64,000 bases of DNA from an uncultured Alphaproteobacteria bacterium (GCA_963830125.1 CAWHKU010000004.1:43131-107130); one strand, 5' to 3'. Shown: positions 50,700-63,966, counted from the first letter of the stretch. Made by a program: numbers and translations. Notes: a model not told the origin generated them from the sequence alone.

Positions 50700-52267
50700 A
50701 TGGCCTTGTCGCAACGATTAGAGTTCCGCCAGAGTCAGGCGCTGGTGATGACGCCGCAGCTGATGCAAGCCATCAAGCTGCTGCAGCTCTCCAGCCTGGA
50801 TCTCGCCGCCTATGTCGAAGGCGAGCTTGAGCGCAATCCGCTGCTCGAGCGCGCCAGCGATGACGACGGTCCGCCGCCGGGCGGCGACGCCGACCTGTCC
50901 GCGCTCGGCAGCGATGGCGACAGCAGCGGTGACGGCGGCGGCGATGGCGACAGTGGCGCGACGCCGGACTGGATCGGCGCCGATCTCGAGACCAGCCGCT
51001 CGTCGATGGAGCAGGGGCTCGGCACCGAACTTGAAAATGTTTTCCCGGACGACGGCGGCGAAAAGACCGCGGCGGTCGAGACGCCGCCGCCGGCCTATAC
51101 CGAGTGGTCGGGCTCCGGCACCGGCGGCGAAGACGGCGACTATAACCTCGAAGCTTTCGTCACCGCCGAGATCACGCTCGCCGATCACTTGAGCGAACAG
51201 ATGGCGCTCGCCATCCATGACCCAGCCCAGCGCATGATCGGCGCAGTACCTGATCGATATGGTCGACGAGACCGGCTATCTGATCGGCGACTTGCAGAAC
51301 CGTCGCCGACAAGCTCGGCTGTTCGCTGGCTGATGTTGAGGCGGTGCTGGCGGTGCTGCAGGCGCTCGACCCGGCCGGCATCTGCGCCCGCAGCCTGACT
51401 GAATGCCTGGCGTTGCAGCTCAAAGAACGCAACCGCTTTGATCCGGCCATGCAAACGCTGGTCGAGAACTTGCCGCTGTTGGCCAAGCGCGATCTGGCCG
51501 CGCTGCGCCGTCTGTGCGGCGTCGACGATGAAGACCTCGCCGACATGATCGGTGAGATCCGCGCGCTCAATCCCAAACCGGGTCTCGCCTTCGGCTCGAC
51601 TTTGGTGCAGCCGATCGTTCCCGATGTTTTCGTGCGCGCCGCGCCCGACGGCACCTGGCAGGTCGAACTGAATTCCGACACCTTGCCGAAAGTGCTGATC
51701 AGCCAGCGTTATCATGCGCAGGTCTCGAAGAGCACGCGCAACGACAAGGACAAAGCCTACGTCGCCGACTGTCTGCAAACCGCGACCTGGCTGGTGCGCG
51801 CGCTTGATCAGCGCGCCAAGACCATTCTCAAAGTGTCGAGCGAGATCGTGCGCCAGCAGGACGGCTTCTTCGTCAAAGGCGTGCAGCACTTGCGCCCGCT
51901 CAATCTCAAGACCGTCGCCGACGCCATCGGCATGCATGAGTCGACGGTGTCGCGCGTCACCGCCAACAAATACATGGCGACCAGCCGCGGTATTTTTGAA
52001 TTGAAATATTTCTTCACGTCATCGATCGCGGCCGCCGACGGCGGCGAGGCGCATTCAGCCGAGGCCGTGCGTCACCGCATCCGGCTGTTGATCGATGCCG
52101 AAAGCGCCGGCGACGTGCTGTCCGACGATACCATTGTGGACAAATTGCGTGGCGCCGGCATCGACATCGCGCGCCGCACGGTTGCCAAATACCGGGAAGC
52201 AATGCGTATTCCGTCGTCGGTGCAACGCCGGCGCGAGAAACAGGCGGCGAGCGCCGGCGCGGCGTAG
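50700..52267 (+). CDS. rpoN: RNA polymerase sigma-54 factor (frameshifted)
   Basis: MTPQLMQAIKLLQL, HESTVSR and the RpoN box ARRTVAKYRE. Confidence 0.98.
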
Positions 52268-52424
52268 CGACACAGGGGCAGCTTTCGGCCTCGTGAACAT
52301 GACGCATTGACCTTGGCGGTGATTCCAAGATCAAATGAAACGTTCGCTGGGAATTCGCGCGAAAGAATCTTGCGGCGGAAATTTTTTCTCCGCTTGTTTC
52401 GCGCCCGACAAGGAGGCTTGCCAG

Positions 52425-52736
52425 ATGCCTTTGCGTGTCTCGGGAAAAAACATCAGCATCGGCCCATCGCTGCAACAACGAATCACCGACAGGGTCGCGG
52501 AAGCGACGGCAAAATATTTTCGTGGCGGCTATTCCGGCCAAGCCACGGTCGGCCGCGAGGGATTTGGTTTTCGCACCGAATGTGTGCATGCATCTGGATT
52601 CCGGCGCCATGCTGGAAGCCACAGGCGAAGCGGTCGATGCTTATGAAAGCGCCGATCAGGCCGCGTTCACATTGAAAAACGGCTGCGCCGCTACAAACGC
52701 CGCCGCAAGGACAATCAGGCCCGCCGCGGCGGCTGA
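52425..52736 (+). CDS. hpf: ribosome hibernation promoting factor, N-terminal domain only (frameshifted)
   Basis: MPLRVSGKNISIG, HLDSG, DAYESAD and IEKRLRRYKRR, then TGA at 52734-52736. Confidence 0.88.
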
Positions 52737-52787
52737 AAAGTTCAAAACATGCAATGAAAATCGTTAATTTTCGCTGGCGCGCGCCCA

Positions 52788-52816
52788 TTGACGCCGCCGC
52801 ATACCATCCCTATGGT
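52788..52816 (+). promoter_or_regulatory. sigma70 promoter of ptsN
   Basis: TTGACG-N17-TATGGT. Confidence 0.55.
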
Positions 52817-52870
52817 CCGCGCGATCTTCACCCCCTTTGCAACCAACGCTGCCATTTCCGATCATTGGAC

Positions 52871-53341
52871 ATGTCCATGACGCTCACCGATCTCGTCGCG
52901 CCGACTGCGATCATCCCGGCGCTCAAGGTCAACGGTAAGAAGCAGGCGCTTCAGGAACTCGCCGCGCGTGCTGCCGAACTGACCGGGCAGAACGAGCGTG
53001 CGATTCTGGAAATCCTGTTGCAGCGCGAGAAGCTCGGCTCGACCGCCGTCGGCAATGGCGTGGCGATACCGCACGGCAAACTGCCTAAGCTCGGACGCCT
53101 CGTCGGCTTGTTTGCGCGTCTGGAGCGCCCGATCGATTTCGAAGCGCTCGATGGTCAGCCGGTCGATTTGATTTTCCTGCTGCTGGCGCCGGAAGCCGCC
53201 GGCGCCGATCATCTCAAGGCGCTGGCGCGTGTCGCGCGCCTGCTGCGCGATCCGGAGATCGCCAAGAAGCTGCGCGATTCAAGCGATATGGATGCGATCT
53301 ATACCGTGCTGTCGATGCCGCCGGCGAGCAGCGCGGCGTAA
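52871..53341 (+). CDS. ptsN: PTS IIA-like nitrogen regulatory protein
   Basis: REKLGSTAVGNGVAIPHGK and HLKALARVAR. Confidence 0.95.
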   Translation: MSMTLTDLVAPTAIIPALKVNGKKQALQELAARAAELTGQNERAILEILLQREKLGSTAVGNGVAIPHGKLPKLGRLVGLFARLERPIDFEALDGQPVDLIFLLLAPEAAGADHLKALARVARLLRDPEIAKKLRDSSDMDAIYTVLSMPPASSAA

Positions 53342-53423
53342 AGCAAAGCCATCGTCACAAAACGCGGCTGTCATCATCTGTCCCCGCTTGCGCGGGGACG
53401 CCGATTCTTACAGGCGCGCGCTC

Positions 53424-53696
53424 TTAGTGAACGCTCACCGCCTCAAGCTCGTTGCTCCAGGCATTCGCCAGCGCCGATTCACGGGTATCGGTCAGCATGA
53501 TCGGCGTGCCGTCGGCGGCATGCAGCGAGAACAGCGTCATGCCGGGCTCGATTTCCGGCGCCTGCGGGAACATGCGGGCGACGTCTTCGGAGCTGATCGC
53601 CTTCACATAAGCCAGCCGGCCGTCGCCGAGATGCGCCAAGGCATCCTGGGTGATCACGGGGTTGGTCGTCGTCGTTTCAGTCTGCTTGTTCGTCAT
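53424..53696 (-). CDS. DUF1150 family protein
   Basis: LAYVKAI, SLHAADGTPI and C-terminal VSVH; downstream of Hsp20. Confidence 0.82.
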   Translation of the reverse strand: MTNKQTETTTTNPVITQDALAHLGDGRLAYVKAISSEDVARMFPQAPEIEPGMTLFSLHAADGTPIMLTDTRESALANAWSNELEAVSVH

Positions 53697-53785
53697 GGTG
53701 CATGGCCCTCGATCCTTTCAATTTGAACGCTTTACGCGGTCGAGTCCTCTTGTTGTTGCGTAGCAAGTCCCGTGCCTCAAGCCCG

Positions 53786-54212
53786 TTATTCCAGATCCTT
53801 GATCGAGATCGTTTTGACGATCCGTTCCGGCTGCGGCCGGACCAGATCGATCGACAGCAAGCCGTGCTTCAAGTCGGCGCCCAACACCTCCATGCCGTCG
53901 GCCAGCACGAAAGTTCGCTGGAACTGGCGCGCGGCGATGCCGCGGTGGAGGTATTGCCGGCTCTTGTCGTCCTGCTGACGCCCGCGGATCACCAACTGGC
54001 TTTCCTCGATGCAGACGTCGAGTTGATCGCGGGTAAAACCGGCGACGGCGAGCGTGATGCGCAGCCGCTCCGGGTTGTCCTCGTCGCGCGACCATCCGCT
54101 CGATATTGTAGGGCGGATAGCCGTCGGCTCCCTTGGCGACGCGGTCGAGCAGACGCTCGATCTCGTCGAAGCCGAGCAGAAACGGGCTGGATAGTGACGG
54201 CACTCGTGACAT
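53786..54212 (-). CDS. small heat shock protein (Hsp20/IbpA-like; frameshifted)
   Basis: LLGFD, YPPYNIE, LAVAGF, YLHRGIAARQFQRTF and GLLSIDL. Confidence 0.93.
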
Positions 54213-54297
54213 GGTCTCAAAGTCCTCGCTCGAAGCGACTTTGACGAGGCCCCTTACGGGCGCCTCATAACCGGAGGGCGAACTGCCGCCCGGTTGC
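54213..54297 (-). ncRNA. ROSE-type RNA thermometer in the sHSP 5' UTR
   Basis: three hairpins; the last is AAAGUC(G)CU paired with AGGACUUU, placing UCGCU with a bulged G opposite the SD. Confidence 0.75.
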
Positions 54298-54302
54298 GTC
54301 TA

Positions 54303-54331
54303 ATATGGGCAGGGTGGGTTAAAGGTTCAAG
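54303..54331 (-). promoter_or_regulatory. RpoH (sigma32) promoter of the sHSP
   Basis: CTTGAA-N16-CCCATAT on the minus strand. Confidence 0.75.
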
Positions 54332-54388
54332 AACGGGGCTAATTGCGCCGAAAGCCCGAATATATTCACGCAAATGCGGGACGTTTTT

Positions 54389-55505
54389 ATGCCAATTCAA
54401 GCCAAAATGCCGGTTTTGACCGTCCGCGCCATCAAGGCGACGCCGGTCGAGGTGCCGCTGAATTTCGTGCTCGGCACCAGCCAGCAGGCGCTGCGCCAGG
54501 TGCCGCTGCTGCTGATCGACGTCGAAACCGAGGAAGGCGTCACCGGCCGGTCCTACCTGTTCTGCTATTTGCGGGCGGTCCAGCCGGCGATCGTGAGCCT
54601 GCTCGGCGAGATCGAGAGCCTGACCAAGGGCGAGCGCGCCGACCCGGCCGTTTTGGCCGCCAAGCTGACGCGCCGCTTCACCCTGATCGGCGTGCAGGGG
54701 ATCGTGCGCATGGCGCTCGCCGGTTTCGACACGCGCTTGCTGGGACGCGCGTCGCGATCGCCGCCGGCCAGCCACTCGCGGCCATGCTGGGGGCGCAAGC
54801 CCGAGCCGATCCCGGCCTACAATAGTTGCGGCCTGGGCATCAAAGACGATCTCGGCGAACTCGCCGCCGAGGCCGAGACGCTTGCTGGCGATGGGCGGCT
54901 TCCGCGCGCTCAAACTCCGGCTCGGCTATCCGACCCTCGACGGCGACATCGCGGCGGTGCGCGCCGTGCGCAAACGCATCGGCGACGATGTCGCGCTGAT
55001 GGTCGATTACAATCAGGCGCTCTCGCTCGACGACGCGCTGGCGCGCGGCCATGCGCTCGACGGCGAGAATATTTATTGGCTGGAAGAGCCGATCCGGCAC
55101 GACGATTATGCCGGTCGAAGCAAGGCTGGTGCGCGAACTGACAACGCCGATCCAGATCGGCGAGAATTTTTCATTGCCGGCGAACATGCAAATGGCGATC
55201 GACGCTGGTGCCGCCGATTATGTGATGCCCGATCTCGAGCGCATCGGCGGCGTCACCGGCTGGCGTCAGGCCGCCGACATCGCGGCTGCGCACGGCTGAA
55301 AATGTCGTCGCATCTGTTTCCGGAAGTCAGCGTGCATCTGCTCGCCGGCACGCCGACCTGCCATTACCTCGAATATGTCGACTGGGCGAACGAGCTGCTT
55401 GAACAGCCGCTGACGATCGCCGACGGCTGCGCGATCATTCCGCAGCGTCCCGGCAATGGCATGGTGTGGAATAAACAAGCGGTCGCGCGTTATCGCGTCG
55501 ATTAA
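54389..55505 (+). CDS. mandelate racemase/muconate lactonizing enzyme (enolase superfamily; frameshifted)
   Basis: LKLRLG, MVDYNQ, WLEEP, QIGEN, MPD and MSSHLF. Confidence 0.88.
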
Positions 55506-55714
55506 TTATCATGTTGCGCGTTTTGTTTTTTGAGAGTCGTTCGCATTAACCTGAAAAAGTTAAATCGCCCGGATTTTGTTGGTTAAATTAATCATGCGTA
55601 TTTTCCTTACTTCGCTAAATACTTAATCAACTCCGCGCGTTTCCGTTTTCCTTCGCTAAGATCGCCACTGCCCGGCCAAGCAAAATAATTGGCTGGCGAC
55701 AGTGGGAGCGCCAA

Positions 55715-57073
55715 TTGCTAACGCGCAGTATTGATATCGATCCGTTCGGTCCGACGTTCGAAGAACGCATCTTCAACGGCGGCAAACGCATCTGCATTTT
55801 CTTTGCTGTCGTCGCATTGTCGATCAGCGCGCTCGATCTCATCAGCGCCGGTTCGGTCGAGAACGCCGCGCAATTCATTCACGACAGCCGCGTCAACTAC
55901 GCCGAGCTGCCAGGTCGTATCCGGACCGCGATCGGCCAGATTTCGCTGTTGCCGGATCGGACTTCGGTTGTCGTTGCGATCCCGCGCGATCCGATCGTCA
56001 AGGCGCCGACCGTGGCTGCCCGCCGCCAACCGGCGCCAAGGCTCGCAAGCCGGCCCGAGCGCGCAATGGATTTCGCCACCTTGCAGCAACGTGCGCAACG
56101 CATCGCCGCCTTGCCGACTGGCGCCGCCAAGATTGCCGAAGCGCCGGCGCCGGCACCGAAACTTTCAAATCCGCCGTCGTCGGCCGTGACCGCGTCGAAC
56201 GACAAGCCGTCGCCGGTCGCCGGTCTTGCCGAAGCCCGCGATCTCGACGCCGTTGAATTTGCCATGGCCGCACCCGCTATGGCGGCGCCTGCCGTCGTCG
56301 CGCCGCCGCAGCCGGTTGCGCTTGCGCTCGCGGCGCGTACCGCGCAAGCCTCGGTCCCGGCCGACACCGCGACGATCCAGCTCGCCAGTATCGATCCGGC
56401 CGCCATGGCGAATGCGGAAGTGATCCCGGCGTCGCTGCCGACCTCGCCGACAGTCGCGTCGCTCAGCGATTCGCCGATGTCGGCGCCGCCGCCCGTCGTG
56501 CCGATCCCGGCCAGCATGGTGCCGATGCCGATTCCGGCGCCCGGCGTGCCGCCGCCGTCACCGGCGCAGCGCTTGAAGCTCGACGACAAGGCCTATGCCA
56601 AAGCCGCGCGTTGCCTGGCCAATGCGATCTATTGGGAATCGCGCAGCGAACCGATCAAGGGCCAGGAAGCGGTCGCTCAGGTCGTCTTGAACCGGGTGTT
56701 CTCGCCGTTCTATCCGAACGACGTCTGCGGCGTGATTTATCAGAACGCCCGGCGGCATCTCGCCTGTCAGTTCACCTTTGCCTGCGACGGCAAGCGCAAG
56801 GTGATCAACGAGCGCGGCGCCTGGGCGCGCGCCAAGCGCATCGCCCGCCAGACTCTCGACGGCAAGGTCTATGTCACGGCGGTGGCCAAGTCGACGCACT
56901 ATCACGCCACTTACGTGCATCCTTATTGGACGCGCGAGATGCGCAAGATGGTGCGTTACGGCATCCATAATTTCTATCGGCCCTATGCTTGGGGCAATGG
57001 CGCCGACGAGCCGGTCTGGGGTTCGGCCGCTTTGGCGAAGCGCAAGAAGCTGGCGCAGAACAAAAAGAAATAA
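55715..57073 (+). CDS. cell wall hydrolase (SleB/Hydrolase_2) with TM anchor and long Ala/Pro-rich linker
   Basis: [32 protein letters not shown] and [12 protein letters not shown]. Confidence 0.9.
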   Translation: MLTRSIDIDPFGPTFEERIFNGGKRICIFFAVVALSISALDLISAGSVENAAQFIHDSRVNYAELPGRIRTAIGQISLLPDRTSVVVAIPRDPIVKAPTVAARRQPAPRLASRPERAMDFATLQQRAQRIAALPTGAAKIAEAPAPAPKLSNPPSSAVTASNDKPSPVAGLAEARDLDAVEFAMAAPAMAAPAVVAPPQPVALALAARTAQASVPADTATIQLASIDPAAMANAEVIPASLPTSPTVASLSDSPMSAPPPVVPIPASMVPMPIPAPGVPPPSPAQRLKLDDKAYAKAARCLANAIYWESRSEPIKGQEAVAQVVLNRVFSPFYPNDVCGVIYQNARRHLACQFTFACDGKRKVINERGAWARAKRIARQTLDGKVYVTAVAKSTHYHATYVHPYWTREMRKMVRYGIHNFYRPYAWGNGADEPVWGSAALAKRKKLAQNKKK

Positions 57074-57094
57074 CAGGCTGCGCGCCGACGAGCT

Positions 57095-57218
57095 GTCATG
57101 GCTGAACATAGCCGTCCAAAGGACGGCGTCGCTTCGCGCGACTATGTTTCGGTCATTCCGCTTGACGAATGTATTGCGTAGTCAAGCGGGGTGCGCGGGC
57201 CTTGTGCCCGCGCACGGC
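57095..57218. repeat. degenerate REP-like intergenic element
   Basis: GTCATGGC..CATAG-CCGTCC-AAA-GGACGG..CTATG.. nested hairpins between convergent genes. Confidence 0.5.
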
Positions 57219-57289
57219 ATCCGACTTGCCCAACATTCGACTTGGATGTCGACCTAGGTGTCGACCTGGCAGCCGATTTTGCCGCGAGC

Positions 57290-58267
57290 CTAGATCTTCA
57301 GCTTGAACAATTTGATCGCGTTGTCGCGCCCGACCTTGGCGCGGTCGGCCTCGCTGATGGCGGCCTTGTCGAACCATTCGCAGCCTTGCCCGACATCCTC
57401 GAATGGCCAGTCGACCGAGAACATCACCCGGTCAGCGCCCATTTCAGTCATCGCATTGACCAGCGACGGCGTATGGAAATTGCCCGACGTGGTCAGGTGG
57501 AAGTGCTTGCGGAAATAATGTCCGACGCCGTGCTTGGCCGGATAGCGGTGCGGTTCGTTCATCCAGCCGTTGCGGCCGTCGATGCGCCACAGTTGTACCG
57601 GAATCCCTTCGCCAAGATGGCCGAGCACGATCTTCAGCTTGGGATGTTCGTCGAACAGGCCGCAACCGATCAGGCGGAGCGCGTGCACCGCGGTCTCGGC
57701 CGAGAACGCCCAGTTCGGCCCGAGCAGCCAGTTGTGGCCTTCATATTGGCTGGCCCGGCTCGGTAACGGATTGCGCGGGTGCAGATAGAACGGCACGTCG
57801 AGGTCTTCGACGGCTTTCCAGAATGGCCGGTATTGCGGCAGGTCGTAATAGGTCACGTTCTCCGGGTCGGTGACTTGCGAAAATCCGTTCACCAGCGCGC
57901 CGACCATGCCGAGTTCTTTGACGCAACGGGTCAGTTCGGCGGCTGCGGCTTGCGGGTCCTGCATCGGCAAGGCGGCGAAGGCGGCAAAGCGGCCGGGCCG
58001 CTTGGCAGTGTGCTCTGCCAGAACGTCATTGGCCTGACGCGCGACGTCGATCGCCGTCTTGATGTCGGGGATCGCCTGCACCGCCGGCGCGTTCAGCGAC
58101 AGGATCATCATCTCGATCCCGTGCTTGTCCATTTCCTTGAGGCGGGTGTCCTGGATGTCGACCAGGCGCGGGCCGAGCGTGTCCCAGACATGGGCGCCGA
58201 AAACTTTCGAATCGCCGAGGGTCGGCTCGATGGCCATATGTTCCTCGAGCGCGATCTTGCCTTGCAT
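57290..58267 (-). CDS. amidohydrolase-family decarboxylase, gamma-resorcylate/2,3-dihydroxybenzoate decarboxylase-like
   Basis: intact ORF; MQGKIALEEH, SLNAPAVQAIPD, ALVNGFSQ, YLHPRNP, LGHLGE, TTSGNF and FSVDWPFE. Confidence 0.88.
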   Translation of the reverse strand: MQGKIALEEHMAIEPTLGDSKVFGAHVWDTLGPRLVDIQDTRLKEMDKHGIEMMILSLNAPAVQAIPDIKTAIDVARQANDVLAEHTAKRPGRFAAFAALPMQDPQAAAAELTRCVKELGMVGALVNGFSQVTDPENVTYYDLPQYRPFWKAVEDLDVPFYLHPRNPLPSRASQYEGHNWLLGPNWAFSAETAVHALRLIGCGLFDEHPKLKIVLGHLGEGIPVQLWRIDGRNGWMNEPHRYPAKHGVGHYFRKHFHLTTSGNFHTPSLVNAMTEMGADRVMFSVDWPFEDVGQGCEWFDKAAISEADRAKVGRDNAIKLFKLKI

Positions 58268-58358
58268 GACTTTTCTCTCCCGGGCTGTTTTGCCGGCATC
58301 ATGCATTGGCGCGCAGGGGGTTGTCAGCAACGCCGGGGTTGTGCTCGCGCCGGGCAAC

Positions 58359-58391
58359 AAAAAAGCCGCCCGGATGGGGCGGCGTATTTTC
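58359..58391 (-). terminator. intrinsic terminator downstream of tRNA-Ala
   Basis: GCCGCCC/GGGCGGC stem flanked by A6 and TATTTT. Confidence 0.75.
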
Positions 58392-58414
58392 TAACCGTCG
58401 AATTTTTTAAAGGT

Positions 58415-58471
58415 TGTCCGCCTTCGCTCCTGCGGAGCTTCGTCGGACACTTTCGCCCTTCAGGCGAAAGT
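58415..58471. repeat. tandem hairpin (REP-like) element abutting the tRNA 3' end
   Basis: TGTCCG..GCTCC-TGC-GGAGC..CGGACA and ACTTTCGCC-CTTCA-GGCGAAAGT. Confidence 0.55.
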
Positions 58472-58546
58472 GGTGGAGCCAGGCGGGATCGAACCGCCGA
58501 CCTCCTGCATGCCATGCAGGCGCTCTCCCAGCTGAGCTATGGCCCC
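58471..58546 (-). tRNA. tRNA-Ala (GGC)
   Basis: GGGGCCA..CCTGC-AT-GGC-AT-GCAGG anticodon arm, GTTCGATC T-loop and TGGCTCCACCA end. Confidence 0.97.
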
Positions 58547-58615
58547 GTAGTGGGTGGATCAGTAATCGTCCAAATCGAAAGAAATGCAAAGGCCTCTTTG
58601 GCCTGAGCCTGCCGA

Positions 58616-59026
58616 TTACTGTTCTTCTTCCTTTTCGATGCCGTCGCCGATGATGTCGGTGACGTCGTCGTCGCTGTCTTCGGTTTCCTCGATGAAGGCG
58701 GCGTCGTCAAGGTTCTCTCGTCGTCGGCGTCGATATCGTCGTCGGCCGCCTTACCTCTTTTTCTTGCCCTTGCCCTGCTGCTCGTTGTCGGCGTCCTCGA
58801 GCGAGACGAATTCCGCGTCCTCCGTCTCCGGGGTCACGGTCTCGACTTCGTCGGCGGGCGCCGGGCGGGCGGCGCTGCTGTCCGGCCGCGAACGCGACTG
58901 CGGCGGCAGGATGATCGGAACGACCTTGCCCGTATAGGGCGAGACGACCGGCGACTTGCCGAGGTCGTAGAATTTACGGCCGGTGTCGGGGCAGACGCGT
59001 TTGGTGCCGAGATCGGTTTTAGCCAC
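58616..59026 (-). CDS. TIGR02300 family protein (FYDLN acid domain; frameshifted)
   Basis: MAKTDLGTKRVCPDTGRKFYDL with an acidic C-terminus. Confidence 0.88.
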
Positions 59027-59309
59027 GAGCGAGTTACCTCGGTATTGCGCTAGACTTATTGCGCCGAATGAAATGCTGCGAGCCGCTGCCCGCTGATTGC
59101 TGCTTCACTTGGCTAGTTGCGGCGCACCTGTCAATAGCGCAGGCGCGGCCGGAAATCGGCTGTGGGCACGGCAAAGTCCGCCTCGCGGCCTTTGCGCCGG
59201 CTTCCGGCCCCGCACCTTGGGGGGCATTGGGGCATCAAGATGACGCGCCGCGCGCCCGCGTGGTAGGGAGGCGCAACCTTCAAGGAAGCAGCCCAAGGAC
59301 CGCCGTTCC

Positions 59310-61426
<2,117 letters not shown>

Positions 61427-61430
<4 letters not shown>

Positions 61431-63043
61431 CGCCGCCCCCACGGCACCAGCGCCCAGACGCGTTCGTGGAAATAATAAAACGCGATCTTGGTGACGATCT
61501 CGGTGCCGGCAATCGAGCCGGCGATCGTCGTGTTGCCGGTAACGAACAAGCCGATCACAAAGGTGTCGATGCTGCCGGTGGCGCGCCAGCTCATCGCCTT
61601 GGCGATCGAGCGGCTGTGCGATCTCGTTGGCGCCCAACAGGCGCGCGACGCGCACCGCGATTTTGCCGAGGATGCTGGTGCGCACCGGCGCTTCGCTCGT
61701 TGATGTGTCGGCAACCGGCGCGACGGCGTTCTCGACCAGACCCATCGCCACGGTGTCATGGGTTTCGGCATCGATCAGAATGAAGCTGCCGGTCTCGCGG
61801 TTCTGGTCGTAACGGTCGGCAGCCAGCGGACGATCGAGTTCCAAGTGGCACAGGCCGAATTCGTTGCTCATCAGCCGGTCGACCGGCTTGATCGCGGCGT
61901 CTTCCGCCAGATCGATCAAATGCATCGGGCCGGTGATGTGAGCCGCGGCCGACGCGGTGCCGAGCTTGATGTGATAGCGCCCGCCGGGCGCCAGCGTGCC
62001 CTGACCCATCCAGAAAATACGCGCCGCGATGCGGTCGGAGACCTGCGCCGGCGCGGAGGCGTCGGCCAACAAATCGCCGCGCGAGACATCGACATCGTCG
62101 GTCAGCGTCAGCGTCACCGATTGGCCGATGCCGGCGCGCTCGCAACGCGCCGTTGGCGGTAATGATCTGGTCGATGCGTCGTGCGCTGGCCTGACGGCTG
62201 CACGATGATGTCCATGCCGGGGCGAACTTCGCCGCCGGCAATCAGCCCGCAATAGCCGCGAAAATCGGCGGTCGGCCGGCTGACCCATTGCACCGCCATC
62301 CGGAAAGCTTGATTGGCGGCGCGCGGCGTCACGTCGACGGTCTCCAATTTGTCGAGCAGCGTCGGCCCGCGATACCAGGTCATGTTCGGCGAGCGTTGAC
62401 GACATTGTCGCCCTTGCGCGCCGACACCGGAATGAAGGTGATCGAGACATCGCCGAGGCGGTCGGCGAAGGAACGGAAGTCGCGCTCGATCGCCGCGAAG
62501 GCGTCTTGCGAATAAGTCGACCAGGTCCATCTTGTTCACGGCGACGACCAGGTGCCGCACGCCAAGCGTCGCCGCGATCAGCGCATGGCGGCGCGTCTGC
62601 TGCGTCAGGCCGGACTGCGCGTTCACCAGAATCAAAGCGAGGTCGGCGGTCGACGCGCCGGTCGCCATGTTGCGGGTGTACTGCTCATGGCCGGGCGCAT
62701 CGGCGACGATGAACTTGCGCTTCTCGGTGGCAAAGAAACGATAAGCCAGATCGATGGTGATCTTTTGTTCGCGCTCGGCGGCCAGCCCGTCGAACAGCAG
62801 CGAGAAGTCGAGGTCTTCGGTCGGCGCCGGTCAGTTGGCCGCTATCCTTGCGCAGCGTCTCGATCTGGTCGTCGAGCACAAGGCTCGCTTCAAACAGCAA
62901 ACGCCCGAGCAGGCTCGACTTGCCATGATCGACCGAACCGCAGGCGATGAAGCGCAGCAGGCTCTTGGCCTCGTGATTGATAAATCACCGGCGTCGCGTT
63001 CAAGCGCAACCGGATCGGCAAGATCGCTCACCAGCATATTCAT
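61427..63043 (-). CDS. cysN: sulfate adenylyltransferase subunit 1 (GTPase) with probable C-terminal DUF2061 membrane domain and no APS kinase domain (frameshifted)
   Basis: CGSVDHGKS, DAPGHEQYTRNMATGAST, NKMD, TGSFILID, then RSIAKAMSWR..YYFHERVW. Confidence 0.88.
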
Positions 63044-63966
63044 CAGAAATAGCCTTCCTGCTTCTTGCGTTCCATCGAGGCCGAGCCGTCTTTGTCGATG
63101 ACGCGGTCTTGCCGTTCGGAGAAACGGCTATCGAGCGTTTCGCGGATGATGTCTTCGGTCGTCGTCGCGGTGCTTTCGATAGCGCCGGTCAGCGGATAAC
63201 AGCCGAGCGTGCGGAAGCGCACGTTCTTGATCTGCGGGACTTCGCCGGGTTCGAGCGGCAGCCGGTCGTCATCGACCATGATCAGCGTGCCGCCGCGGTT
63301 CACCACCGGGCGCGGCTTGGCGAAATAGAGCGGCACCACCGGAATGTTTTCGCGGTGGATGTAGAGCCACACATCAAGCTCGGTCCAGTTCGAGAGCGGG
63401 AACACGCGGATGCTCTCGCCTTTGCGCTTATGCGCGTTGAACAGCCGCCACGGCTCCGGCCGCTGGCGCTTGGGGTCCCAGCGATGATGCGAATTGCGGA
63501 ACGAGAAGATGCGTTCCTTGGCGCGCGATTTGTCTTCGTCGCGGCGGGCGCCGCCGATGGCGGCGTCGAAGCCGTGCAGGTCGAGCGCCTGCCGCAGGCC
63601 TTGCGTCTTCATCACGTCGGTATGCAGTTCCGAGCCGTGCGAGATCGGGCCGATGCCGCGCGCCAAGCCGTCCTGGTTGATGTGCACCATCAGATCGACG
63701 CCGAGTTCCTTGGCGCGGCGGTCGCGAAATTCGATCATCTCGCGAAATTTCCAGGTGGTGTCGACGTGCAGCAGCGGGAACGGCGGCTTGCCGGGATAAA
63801 ACGCCTTCATCGCCAGATGCAGCAGCACCGACAAATCCTTGCCGATCGAATACAGCATCACGGTCTTGTCGCACTCGGCGACGGTCTCGCGCATGATGTG
63901 AATGCTCTCGGCCTCGAGCTGGTCGAGATAGCTGTGCGTGGTGGCAGTGTTGGTCAGGGCATTCAT
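63043..63966 (-). CDS. cysD: sulfate adenylyltransferase subunit 2
   Basis: intact ORF; [30 protein letters not shown] and [11 protein letters not shown]. Confidence 0.97.
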   Translation of the reverse strand: MNALTNTATTHSYLDQLEAESIHIMRETVAECDKTVMLYSIGKDLSVLLHLAMKAFYPGKPPFPLLHVDTTWKFREMIEFRDRRAKELGVDLMVHINQDGLARGIGPISHGSELHTDVMKTQGLRQALDLHGFDAAIGGARRDEDKSRAKERIFSFRNSHHRWDPKRQRPEPWRLFNAHKRKGESIRVFPLSNWTELDVWLYIHRENIPVVPLYFAKPRPVVNRGGTLIMVDDDRLPLEPGEVPQIKNVRFRTLGCYPLTGAIESTATTTEDIIRETLDSRFSERQDRVIDKDGSASMERKKQEGYF

